Positions 33,608-41,906 of a DNA stretch of 64,000 nucleotides are shown in pieces (the stretch's first letter is position 1; each line of letters starts with the position of its first letter). Location of the stretch: IMG/VR virus record IMGVR_UViG_3300033183_000212, positions 1-64,000 of that record. One strand, written 5' to 3'. The position numbers and the translations under genes are program-made. Origin of the DNA: a virus. The notes under the pieces are model-generated. The model searched no databases. It was not told the DNA's origin and saw nothing but the letters and a program-made list of their open reading frames with translations.

Positions 33608-34158
33608 TGCGAGTTGTTCCGTATATAGAAAATGGAAAAAGACTGTATGTAAATGATGATTTATGTATGGATGCTTTTTTAAAAATGGAAATAGAAAGCC
33701 AAAAAGATAGACTATACAAAAATTATACTTTTAATAATTTAAAATTAAATGAAATGTATAATTTTAATTTTGTATTTGATAATGACAATCCTGTGTTAGC
33801 ATCAGGATGCCAAGTATTTAATGAGAATGTAATTAGAGTTTTTAGTAGATATTATGTATTTGATGAATATAGAACCGATGGTAAAAAATTATTAGATAAA
33901 TCAGATGACTTTATGGAATTAAAATATAGTCTTAATCTTATTAAAAAATTTCCATTAATAATATGGGCTAGAGATAAATCATCTGGTTTTTTTAAAAGAC
34001 TTAAAGCCGAAAGATCTGATATATTCAAAAATTGGCAAATACACCATGAAAAAATAGAATTAAAATATAAAAACAATTTTCATAATATATTTTATATTGG
34101 TGACATTAGTCATTTACACAACCTACAATATGAAGTCTATAGTCAAAAGAAGCGTTAA
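33604..34158 (+). CDS. hypothetical protein
   Basis: ATGA-coupled ORF. AT-rich. No motif. Confidence 0.45.
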   Translation: MMRVVPYIENGKRLYVNDDLCMDAFLKMEIESQKDRLYKNYTFNNLKLNEMYNFNFVFDNDNPVLASGCQVFNENVIRVFSRYYVFDEYRTDGKKLLDKSDDFMELKYSLNLIKKFPLIIWARDKSSGFFKRLKAERSDIFKNWQIHHEKIELKYKNNFHNIFYIGDISHLHNLQYEVYSQKKR

Positions 34159-34552
34159 CAAAAGTATGCATTTTTGTGGTATCTATTAAATAATAATTCC
34201 CATTGGCTGGGCATCTAATTATTTCATCATCTATTACAAAAAAACATTTATCATTTGTTATAAGCGGTATATGTATTCTTTTCGTATAGTCTTGATGATA
34301 TGAATAGCATGTTTTCGGCTTCATTTTCATAAGTCGAGTTCTATACATTTTTAATTCAGATATAATAGAATTTACATATGGTATATTGAATAAAAATTCA
34401 GTAAATTCATTTTCGCTATGATCTTTGTTTAATATACTTCCAGTTGCATAAAACGGATCTTTCATATTTTTTACTGTTTGTAAACCAATTTGATCATCGT
34501 AATCAGGTATTGAACTAAGTTCAAATAATATTTGATCTATATCTAACAACAT
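34106..34552 (-). CDS. cupin-fold hydroxylase-like protein, paralog 3
   Basis: YSYHQDYTKRIHIPLITNDKCFFVIDD...MHTFVNASFDYRLHIV. Confidence 0.5.
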   Translation of the reverse strand: MLLDIDQILFELSSIPDYDDQIGLQTVKNMKDPFYATGSILNKDHSENEFTEFLFNIPYVNSIISELKMYRTRLMKMKPKTCYSYHQDYTKRIHIPLITNDKCFFVIDDEIIRCPANGNYYLIDTTKMHTFVNASFDYRLHIVGCVND

Positions 34553-34965
34553 ATTGTTAATTCCATAACTCTATGTGGTTGTTTAATTATCCAATCAATA
34601 ACACTAACACAATAATCCATAGAAAGTTTTGGCTCATTTACGTCCATTGATCTTTCATTATCAATATAACCAAAATTTATACAAGTCGTATTTATGCCAA
34701 GAGAAAATATATAATGATTAGCTTCTCTAAGAGCTTTCTTTTCTACAGCATAACGATTTCTAAAAGTATAATCACTTGCTCGTGATCCAATGTTAATTAT
34801 TCTTTTTTTTAATTTTGCTGCTTTATATAACATTTCAACTTGTTGAAATCCATCATGTTTGCAATTAATGAATACATCACATTCCTCTAATGAATTACAA
34901 TTACCATAATATTTTTGTATTACCTTACCCAACCCCCGTCTTGTGCCTGTGATAAAAAATTTCAT
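34543..34965 (-). CDS. short-chain dehydrogenase/reductase-like protein (short, 140 aa)
   Basis: MKFFITGTRRGLGKVI is a TGxxxGxG Rossmann motif. Confidence 0.55.
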   Translation of the reverse strand: MKFFITGTRRGLGKVIQKYYGNCNSLEECDVFINCKHDGFQQVEMLYKAAKLKKRIINIGSRASDYTFRNRYAVEKKALREANHYIFSLGINTTCINFGYIDNERSMDVNEPKLSMDYCVSVIDWIIKQPHRVMELTICC

Positions 34966-34985
34966 AAATTAATACCTTTGATATA

Positions 34986-35014
34986 TTTACTTTCTCGTTT
35001 CAATAGTATATAAT
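34986..35014 (+). promoter_or_regulatory. cassette promoter copy 3 (TTTACT-N17-TATAAT)
   Basis: aatacctttgatatatttactttc, at the right edge of the AT-rich island. Confidence 0.65.
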
Positions 35015-35044
35015 ACAACTTCCACTGTTAAAAAGGAGTTTGTT

Positions 35045-36001
35045 ATGGTAGCAGCAGTTGAAACGATGGCCTTTGCTAGTGAAACCCCCTGGCATGGTCT
35101 CGGTGAGAAGGTCTCGAACGACTTGACCCCGAAACAGATGATGAAAAAAGCCGGGGTTGACTGGGAAGTTATTGAGGTCGAATCTTTCATCGAGTTCAAC
35201 GACAAGAAAATCCCTACCGGTGACAAGTCGCTAGTTCGCTCGACTGATGGTAAAGTCTTGACCAACACTGGTCCTGGCTGGAAACCAGTTCAGAACGAGC
35301 AAGCATTTGAGTTCTTCTCTGAATATGTATACGCCGGTGACATGGAAATGCATACCGCTGGTTCGTTGAAAGACGGTCGGATGGTGTGGGCTTTGGCAAA
35401 AGTCAAAGAATCCTTTGAGCTCTTCAAGGGTGATGAGGTTGAGTCGTACCTCCTGTTCTCGAATCCACATCAGTACGGCAAGTGTATCGATGTTCGATTC
35501 ACGCCGATCCGCGTAGTGTGTAACAACACGCTGACTCTTGCGCTCGAGGTTGAAGCTCAACGAGGTGTCCGCATTGGTCACCGCTCAGAGTTCGATCCTG
35601 ACATGGTCAAGCAGCAGCTTGGTCTAGCTCATGAGAAGTTTGCTAAGTATCGTGAGATGGCTGAGTTCTTGGGCAGCAAGCAGTTCAAGATGGAAACTCT
35701 CATCAACTACTACAACGACGTCTTTCCTCGTACCACGGACAAGCGTGTGCAAGGCAAAGAGCTGTCTGTTGAGACTCTGTCTCGTCCGGCTCGCATGGCC
35801 TTCGATGTCCTTGAGTCACAGCCTGGATCTGAGTTTGCCAAGGGTTCTTGGTGGCAGGCCTTCAACTCAGTGACTTATGTCACTGACCACCTGCAGGGTC
35901 GTAGCCAAGAGACTCGACTCTACTCGAGCTGGTTTGGTGGCAATCAACTCCGTAAGAGGAACGCCATCAACACGGCGGTAGAGTACGCTGAGGCAGCCTA
36001 A
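35045..36001 (+). CDS. DUF932 (phage/plasmid-like TIGR03299) protein, GC-rich cassette cargo
   Basis: ETPWHGLG...DWEV...GWKPVQNEQAFEFF...AGSLKDGRMVWALAKV...VVCNNTL is typical of DUF932. AAAGGAG SD downstream of cassette promoter copy 3. Confidence 0.75.
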   Translation: MVAAVETMAFASETPWHGLGEKVSNDLTPKQMMKKAGVDWEVIEVESFIEFNDKKIPTGDKSLVRSTDGKVLTNTGPGWKPVQNEQAFEFFSEYVYAGDMEMHTAGSLKDGRMVWALAKVKESFELFKGDEVESYLLFSNPHQYGKCIDVRFTPIRVVCNNTLTLALEVEAQRGVRIGHRSEFDPDMVKQQLGLAHEKFAKYREMAEFLGSKQFKMETLINYYNDVFPRTTDKRVQGKELSVETLSRPARMAFDVLESQPGSEFAKGSWWQAFNSVTYVTDHLQGRSQETRLYSSWFGGNQLRKRNAINTAVEYAEAA

Positions 36002-36011
36002 TCTGGCGGCT

Positions 36012-36038
36012 CACGAGAGGCCTCACGTGCCTCTCGTG
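36012..36038 (+). terminator. perfect 10-bp hairpin after the DUF932 gene
   Basis: cacgagaggc-ctcacgt-gcctctcgtg. No clear T tract. Confidence 0.4.
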
Positions 36039-36175
36039 TCTATTGGCCAATGGTATCCTATGGACTTAGGATCTCGAGGGCTCTCGTGCCCTTCTGCTGA
36101 CCATCAAAAAGTAATACTTTAGTATTACAGACTGAAAAAAGTGAAAAAAAGTTCAAAATGAATACTTTTGATATA

Positions 36176-36204
36176 TTTACTTTTCACGATAGCTGTGGTA
36201 TTAT
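36176..36204 (+). promoter_or_regulatory. cassette promoter copy 4 (TTTACT-N17-TATTAT, TGG-extended)
   Basis: aatgaatacttttgatatatttacttttc. Confidence 0.65.
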
Positions 36205-36230
36205 CTATCTAACGTTGGAAAGGAACTGAT

Positions 36231-36488
36231 ATGATTTACAACTCTCTACTAGGCCAAACCCCAGTCGAAATCCCCACCGAGGCCCTCAGCACCTACATCA
36301 CTCGTGATGCCGCTATCAAGGCTATCCTGTCTCTTGGTGGCATAAGTGCTCCTCTGACTCCAGAGGTTAATGCCCTTCGCAAGATTGTTCTCAGCTGCCG
36401 CCGCAAGATTGAGCGCAATGGTTGGTGGTGCAAACTTGTTCCAGTCAAGCGCGGTGACTGCAGTCAACCCATGAAAGAAATTTGCTAA
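36231..36488 (+). CDS. hypothetical protein, GC-rich cassette cargo
   Basis: GGAAAGGA SD downstream of cassette promoter copy 4. Confidence 0.5.
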   Translation: MIYNSLLGQTPVEIPTEALSTYITRDAAIKAILSLGGISAPLTPEVNALRKIVLSCRRKIERNGWWCKLVPVKRGDCSQPMKEIC

Positions 36489-36495
36489 GGAGATT

Positions 36496-36678
36496 ATGAT
36501 GGCTACGATTCATGAATTGGTCCTCAAGGACTATCCCATGCTGATGGAGGAGGTCATGTACCTCAACAAAGGTTTTGGTTGGTCTGGTTTTAATGATGCT
36601 CTTCGATTCATTGAAGAAAACTCAACACACTACGATCACCTCGCTCAAGAATTCAAGGAGTTTGTCTATGGAAACTAA
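36496..36678 (+). CDS. hypothetical protein
   Basis: AAGGAG SD. Confidence 0.45.
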   Translation: MMATIHELVLKDYPMLMEEVMYLNKGFGWSGFNDALRFIEENSTHYDHLAQEFKEFVYGN

Positions 36679-36973
36679 AGTTCGTAAGTCACCGTGCTAT
36701 CAGTGCACCGTCGATCTGAGCAATGAGGTCGACATGAAGTGGGTCAAAGAGGTTCGTGAGAAAACTGCTCTCGTCAACAAGTCGTTGCGTAAGATCGGTC
36801 AGACTCCTTTTCGTGTACGCTTGGCTCTTCGCGATCCTATCCGTAAAGTCACTTATTGGAACAAATGGACTAACAGGAAAAACAGCCGTGGTTACGATTT
36901 TGGTGGTAACGTCTATGGCGGTATCGCTAATGCCCGTAAAGCCGACGTCTATATCTATGAACGTCGAGTTTGA
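36668..36973 (+). CDS. hypothetical basic protein
   Basis: ATG at 36668 with an AAGGAG SD. Followed by a strong terminator. Confidence 0.5.
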   Translation: METKVRKSPCYQCTVDLSNEVDMKWVKEVREKTALVNKSLRKIGQTPFRVRLALRDPIRKVTYWNKWTNRKNSRGYDFGGNVYGGIANARKADVYIYERRV

Positions 36974-36995
36974 TTAGTCTTATTATGTACGGGCA

Positions 36996-37024
36996 GGGGC
37001 GGGCAATCCGCCCCTTTTTTATTT
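36996..37024 (+). terminator. strong rho-independent terminator
   Basis: ggggcgg-gcaat-ccgcccc followed by ttttttatttt. Confidence 0.8.
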
Positions 37025-37032
37025 TAAAAACA

Positions 37033-37040
37033 TATAAATA
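37033..37040 (+). promoter_or_regulatory. T4-type late promoter box TATAAATA
   Basis: Exact octamer just after the terminator at 36996 and before the gene at 37054. Confidence 0.45.
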
Positions 37041-37053
37041 TAGAGTGTAATCA

Positions 37054-38430
37054 ATGCCTTTCTTATTGGAGAACTATATGCCTGTTTCAATGTTCGGCTC
37101 AATGAGTCGCGCTGAATGGTTTAAATATGGTCCTAAAAGATTAGACACTCTTATTGATGTTATTAAAAGCGGTAATCCAGTGCCTAGTGTTTCAGGATTA
37201 AGTTTAGAAATTTTAGTCGACAAAAATAACATCAAAAGTGTCGAAGAGTTTAAATCTAGTGATGATAAGACTAAGACTTTTACTCTTAAATTAAAGAATG
37301 GCAATACGATTGAATCTAATATTATCGGAAAGTCTCCAATATTTGGAGGTAAAGGAGCTGGAGCTGGAGCGACGGGTGATACTTCAAAAGGTGAATCATT
37401 ACAATGTTTATATTTAGAAGCTATGTTAAACGAGGGAGTTACAAAACCATTTATGCATTTTACTCCTAAATTACTAGAAAAATATTCTAAGGAAATTGAT
37501 ACTGATGTTTCATTTAAAGATATGATGTCATCTGAAGCACCTTGGCACTTTTCTGCTTATGTTACAGCAGCGCATTTAATCTCTAACAAATTTGTAAATA
37601 AAAATCAAAAATTTCATAGAGGTTCTACAATTATGAAAGCCATATACAAAGCTAAAAAGGTAGCATTAGCAAATGAAGGATTGCCTGATTTGACAGATGA
37701 CAAATGGAATCCGGGTGACATATGGGCTGTTAAAAATGGTTTAGATCTGTCTAAAGCATTAAACACTACTTCAATAAAAAACTTAAATGCATCTTTAAAG
37801 AAAAAATTTCAGAGTAGAGAAATTGTCGGTATATCTCTTAAACAGGTAGATAGTTTAAAGAAATCAGCAAAGCATGAAATCTTGAATCTAGATGCAGTAG
37901 AACCTGATAAACATACTTTTACATCTGTAAAAATTCGTGGTACATCTTTTTGGTCAAATAAAAATGGTATGCTAATATATGATGGAACTAAAAAAGCAGA
38001 TATTAGAGCTCCTAGTTCTATGGGAGCTATGAATATTGAGGTTCAAGGTAAAGGAGCAAGAGGCGGAAGAGCTGGTTATAGTATTGTTGAATATGCAGCA
38101 AAAACTTTTTTGAAAAAGAATCTTCCTTCTAATGCCCAATTAAAAACAGAAGCAACTGAGATCCATAAAAAGAAAAATAAAAGATCTATTGATAATCTTC
38201 GAATGATGGCTCAGAGTGTTGACTCTACTATAACTAAACAAGAATTTGATAATGGATTAAAAGAAGCTGCTTTAGATAAAGTTCATGCAAAACTCGGCGT
38301 AACTTATATCGCATACGCTCTAACAAAAAGCACAAAAGCTCAAAGAAACGATTTCATTTCATATATGATAAATTATGCAGGATCTAAATTAGAAACTTCA
38401 TCGGTTTATGTTAAAGTGAGTGCTAAGTAA
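37054..38430 (+). CDS. hypothetical AT-rich 458-aa protein (possible PD-(D/E)XK nuclease)
   Basis: TATAAATA box at 37033. NPGDIWAV ... VGISLKQV could be a D...(S/E)xK nuclease core. Weak. Alternative start at 37078. Confidence 0.55.
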   Translation: MPFLLENYMPVSMFGSMSRAEWFKYGPKRLDTLIDVIKSGNPVPSVSGLSLEILVDKNNIKSVEEFKSSDDKTKTFTLKLKNGNTIESNIIGKSPIFGGKGAGAGATGDTSKGESLQCLYLEAMLNEGVTKPFMHFTPKLLEKYSKEIDTDVSFKDMMSSEAPWHFSAYVTAAHLISNKFVNKNQKFHRGSTIMKAIYKAKKVALANEGLPDLTDDKWNPGDIWAVKNGLDLSKALNTTSIKNLNASLKKKFQSREIVGISLKQVDSLKKSAKHEILNLDAVEPDKHTFTSVKIRGTSFWSNKNGMLIYDGTKKADIRAPSSMGAMNIEVQGKGARGGRAGYSIVEYAAKTFLKKNLPSNAQLKTEATEIHKKKNKRSIDNLRMMAQSVDSTITKQEFDNGLKEAALDKVHAKLGVTYIAYALTKSTKAQRNDFISYMINYAGSKLETSSVYVKVSAK

Positions 38431-38442
38431 AGGAATAATCCA

Positions 38443-38574
38443 ATGTACGGACGAAGCGCAGTAACAGAACAAAATATAAAATGGTATACTAACGGTGTAG
38501 ATAACCTATATGTTACTGAAGGAACACAACCAGATGGCTATCACCGAGGCCGCACAGTTAAGAAAAGGAGGTAA
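38443..38574 (+). CDS. 43-aa protein MYGRSAVTEQNIKWYTNGVDNLYVTEGTQPDGYHRGRTVKKRR
   Basis: Below the track cutoff. AAGGA SD. The KWYTNG...P.G...GR motif recalls short stand-alone phage ORFs and endonuclease C-terminal modules. Confidence 0.4.
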   Translation: MYGRSAVTEQNIKWYTNGVDNLYVTEGTQPDGYHRGRTVKKRR

Positions 38575-38582
38575 AGCCGATT

Positions 38583-39818
38583 ATGAATACATTTCAGCAG
38601 TTCGTAACAGAACAAAAGAATACTCATATGACGCACCTTTAGCTTGAGGACAAGGTCCTCTATGGTGGTGTGAATGGTACGCGTCAGGCAATCCTCGCAT
38701 TGCGTTCACTCAGAGACATGTTGGCAGGAGTCCACGATGGAAAAGTTTCTGTTAAGTGGGATGGTGCTCCTGCTATTTTTGCTGGCATCGATCCTCGTGA
38801 TGGTAAGTTTTTTGTGGCAAAAAAAGGAATTTTTAACAAGTCACCAAAGGTTTATAAATCAGACGCTGATATTGACGCTGATACTAGCGGTGATCTCGCT
38901 GATAAACTCAAGTCTGCTCTTAAGCATCTCCCCGCACTAGGCATCAAGGGTGTAGTGCAAGGTGACTTCTTGTTCTCTAAAGCAGATATAAGAAATGAAA
39001 AGATCAAAGGACAGCAGTATGTTACTTTTCATCCCAATACTATTGTTTATGCTGTGCCTGCGAATACACAGATGGCCAAGGACATCAAGTCAGCACAGAT
39101 AGGTATTGTCTGGCACACCACATACACTGGTAACTCGTTTGAAACAATGAAAGCATCTTATGGCGTTGATGTGACTAAGTTTAACAAATCTACGAAGGTC
39201 TGGTCTCAGGACGCCATGCTGAAAGACATGACTCGTTACACAATGTCTAAACAGGACACTGACGAAGTCAATGAACACTTATCAAACGCAGGGAAGATAT
39301 TCAACCAGATTGCATCTAGTACGCTCCGTGAGCTGGAAGCTAATCAAGTTCTTGCCGGGACTATTGAAACATTCAATAATACTTTTGTACGAAGAGGGGA
39401 AGTTGTCATTGACACGAACAAGCATGTCAATAATCTCATTCGTTACATCGCTAATAAGTATAAGGTGCAGATAGACAAGGCAAAGAGCGAGAGAGGCAAG
39501 GCTTCTCAAACTGCAAAGATGCAAGAGACGTTGAAATTCTTTTCGGCTACAAACAAAAAGAATCTCAAATTAATGTTCGATTTGCAAAAATCTTTGATTC
39601 TTGCTAAATTAAAAATTATAAATATATTACAGCGACTGTCAAGCACGGCTACTTTTCTTAAAACTAAGAATGGTTTTAAAGTAACGGGCCAGGAAGGATA
39701 TGTTGCGATAGACACACTTGGTGGTGATGCAGTGAAAATTGTGGACCGTATGGAGTTCTCATACGCAAACTTTTCACCCGATATATTAAAAGGATGGGAT
39801 AAACCAACGAGGAACTGA
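38583..39818 (+). CDS. CTS-tagged ligase-like nucleotidyltransferase (KxDG), interrupted by an in-frame TAG at 38640-38642
   Basis: Strong AAGGAGG SD before the ATG at 38583. MNTFQQFVTEQKNTHMTHL*LEDKVLYGGVNGTRQA... is in the same frame as the track ORF (GTG 38670, no SD). VSVKWDGAPAIF is nucleotidyltransferase motif I. Confidence 0.55.
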
Positions 39819-40258
39819 TGTTAGACTTTAAAGACTTTATTGTCGCCGATTATCGTCCAGGCGAACCAGACATACTTAAGTACAGAGCTCAGCGTCGCCG
39901 TCGTTTAGGCGAAGAGGTTGAGCAGACTGATGAAGCATTGACCACAACGCAACGACTTGCTCGTAAGCGTCAGATGCAAAGAACCAAAGCCAAGATCAAG
40001 TTAGGCAGAGAGCGTGCCAAGCGTCGCTTTGCCTCGAAAGAGAAGCTGGAGAAGAGAGCAATTCGTCAAGCACGCATGATGATCTTCAAGAAGCTGACAA
40101 AAGACATTCCGAAAGACGAGCTGACATACGCTCGTAGAGCAGAGATTGAGAAGCGCTTGGAGAAACCAGCGCTCAAACAAAGGATTAAGATGATTGCTCG
40201 TAAGAATCTACCCAAGGTCCGTAAACAAGAGATCGAGAGAAAGAGAAGACAAAGCTAA
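39818..40258 (+). CDS. highly basic Arg/Lys-rich protein with a CTS-like N-terminus
   Basis: MLDFKDFIVAD..., then RRRR, KRQMQRTKAKIKLGRERAKRR. Confidence 0.6.
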   Translation: MLDFKDFIVADYRPGEPDILKYRAQRRRRLGEEVEQTDEALTTTQRLARKRQMQRTKAKIKLGRERAKRRFASKEKLEKRAIRQARMMIFKKLTKDIPKDELTYARRAEIEKRLEKPALKQRIKMIARKNLPKVRKQEIERKRRQS

Positions 40259-41439
40259 TGATTAGCTCTTTTAAATCGTACCTTGTCGAGGAAGAGAAAA
40301 CTGTTTATTTTACCTTCGGTAGAATGAACCCTCCTACTATTGGTCATGAGAAACTTCTTAATTCCCTCGCCACTAAGTCTGGCAATAATCCTTACCGTGT
40401 TTTTCTTTCGCAGTCTCAAGACAAAGCTAAGAATCCTATTGGGTATAAAGACAAAGTAAAGTTTGCACGTAAGATGTTTCCTCGTCATGCTCGCTCGATT
40501 ATGATGAATCCTAAGATCAAGACGTTCCTTGACGCTGCAGTTTCTCTGTATAACGAAGGCTTTAAGAATGTGGTCATGGTCGTAGGCGAAGATCGCGTCA
40601 ATGAGTTTGATATCTTGTTGAGCAAGTATAACGGTAAAAAGATGCGGCACGGTTTCTTTAACTTTGCTCGCATTAACGTCGTATCTGCTGGCCAGCGTGA
40701 TCCTGATGCAGAGGGAACAGAAGGCGCATCTGCTACAAAGCAGCGTCAACACGCAAAAGCAAAAGATTTCACTGGCTTCAGTCAAGGCTTGCCTAAGGGT
40801 GTAAGCAACGCTGATGCCAAAGCTCTGTTCAATGCCGTAAGAGTTGGCATGGGTCTGAAAGAAACCACAGACTTCACAACTCACGTCAAACTAGACACAG
40901 TGTCTGAGACGAGAGAGCAGTACGTTCAGGGAGATTTGTTTCAGGTTGGCGATCGAGTAGTTGTCATTGCGGACGACACGATCGCCACCGTTTCTCATCT
41001 GGGTTCTAACTACGTCATCATCGAGCAAGAAGGCTTGAAATTGCGTAAATGGTTACAGGATGTTGAGCTGTTAGAAAAAACCAGATCTCCTCAGGATCCT
41101 GATATCGGCGATCGTAAAGGTACACAGCCTAAAGCCTATCACTCTGGTTTGTCAAAGGCTACTAAGATCAAGAGAGACGCTCAGTTTAAAAAGCAGTCGA
41201 AGATGGATGATAATAATCCAAGGGCATATAAGCCTGCTCCTGGTGATAAGACAGCTAAGACAAAACCGAGTAAATATACGCTGAAGTTCAAGCAGATGTA
41301 TGGTGAACAGATGTCAGCCACTGATATCGCTAAGAAAAGAATTGATCAAGAAAAGAAAGCCGATGCCAAACGTCATGATAGAATGATGGATAGAGCACGG
41401 ACTAAGGATACTCAATCAATCAATAAGGCTACGAAATGA
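40258..41439 (+). CDS. CTS-tagged HxGH nucleotidyltransferase-fold protein with a Lys-rich C-terminal tail
   Basis: MISSFKSYLVEEE..., FTFGRMNPPTIGHEKLL (HIGH motif, compare NMNAT/cytidylyltransferase), and a disordered K-rich tail. Confidence 0.65.
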   Translation: MISSFKSYLVEEEKTVYFTFGRMNPPTIGHEKLLNSLATKSGNNPYRVFLSQSQDKAKNPIGYKDKVKFARKMFPRHARSIMMNPKIKTFLDAAVSLYNEGFKNVVMVVGEDRVNEFDILLSKYNGKKMRHGFFNFARINVVSAGQRDPDAEGTEGASATKQRQHAKAKDFTGFSQGLPKGVSNADAKALFNAVRVGMGLKETTDFTTHVKLDTVSETREQYVQGDLFQVGDRVVVIADDTIATVSHLGSNYVIIEQEGLKLRKWLQDVELLEKTRSPQDPDIGDRKGTQPKAYHSGLSKATKIKRDAQFKKQSKMDDNNPRAYKPAPGDKTAKTKPSKYTLKFKQMYGEQMSATDIAKKRIDQEKKADAKRHDRMMDRARTKDTQSINKATK

Positions 41440-41663
41440 TTACTTTCAAAGCGTATCTTAAAGAAGCTGAGTCTTGGGAAGCCGGTTACAAGCGCAGAGT
41501 TGTAAAGACTACCAGTGCTGATCATAAAGAAAAAGGTTACAACTGGAGAATCAAAGGTAAGGAACGCCCCGAGATCTCTATTAAGTTGTATAAGAGTAAG
41601 CCTTCTCAATCCGAGTTTAATAAGCAGATGAGAAGAGTTGCAGGACATGAGTTTGGTGGATAA
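41436..41663 (+). CDS. small basic CTS-tagged protein
   Basis: MITFKAYLKEAE...; ATGA overlap. Confidence 0.55.
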   Translation: MITFKAYLKEAESWEAGYKRRVVKTTSADHKEKGYNWRIKGKERPEISIKLYKSKPSQSEFNKQMRRVAGHEFGG

Positions 41664-41664
41664 C

Positions 41665-41904
41665 ATGATAACATTTAAGACATTCATCAGTGAAAGCGGT
41701 ACCACAACGGCTTTGAAAAACAAAGCTGCTAAATCTGGTATTTCACTTGGTATTCTTCGCAAAGTTTACAACCGTGGTGTTGCCGCATGGCGCACCGGCC
41801 ACAGACCTGGAACTACACCTGCACAATGGGGTATGGCTAGAGTCAACTCATATATTACAAAAGGCAAGACCTATCATACGGCAGATAAGGACCTAAGGAG
41901 TTAA
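41665..41904 (+). CDS. small CTS-tagged protein
   Basis: MITFKTFISESG...GVAAWRTGHRPGTTPAQWGMARVNSYI. ATG 1 nt after the upstream stop. Confidence 0.6.
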   Translation: MITFKTFISESGTTTALKNKAAKSGISLGILRKVYNRGVAAWRTGHRPGTTPAQWGMARVNSYITKGKTYHTADKDLRS

Positions 41905-41906
41905 AA

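Noticed and set aside
27404-34985. AT-rich island as an integrated mobile element with att sites at the tmRNA
   Set aside because: I found no integrase, transposase or convincing direct repeat of the tmRNA 3' end at the far boundary. I kept it only as a compositional island.
40255-40884. 209-aa minus-strand ORF
   Set aside because: It is antisense to the HxGH nucleotidyltransferase-fold gene, which has a coupled start and recognisable motifs. Shadow ORF.
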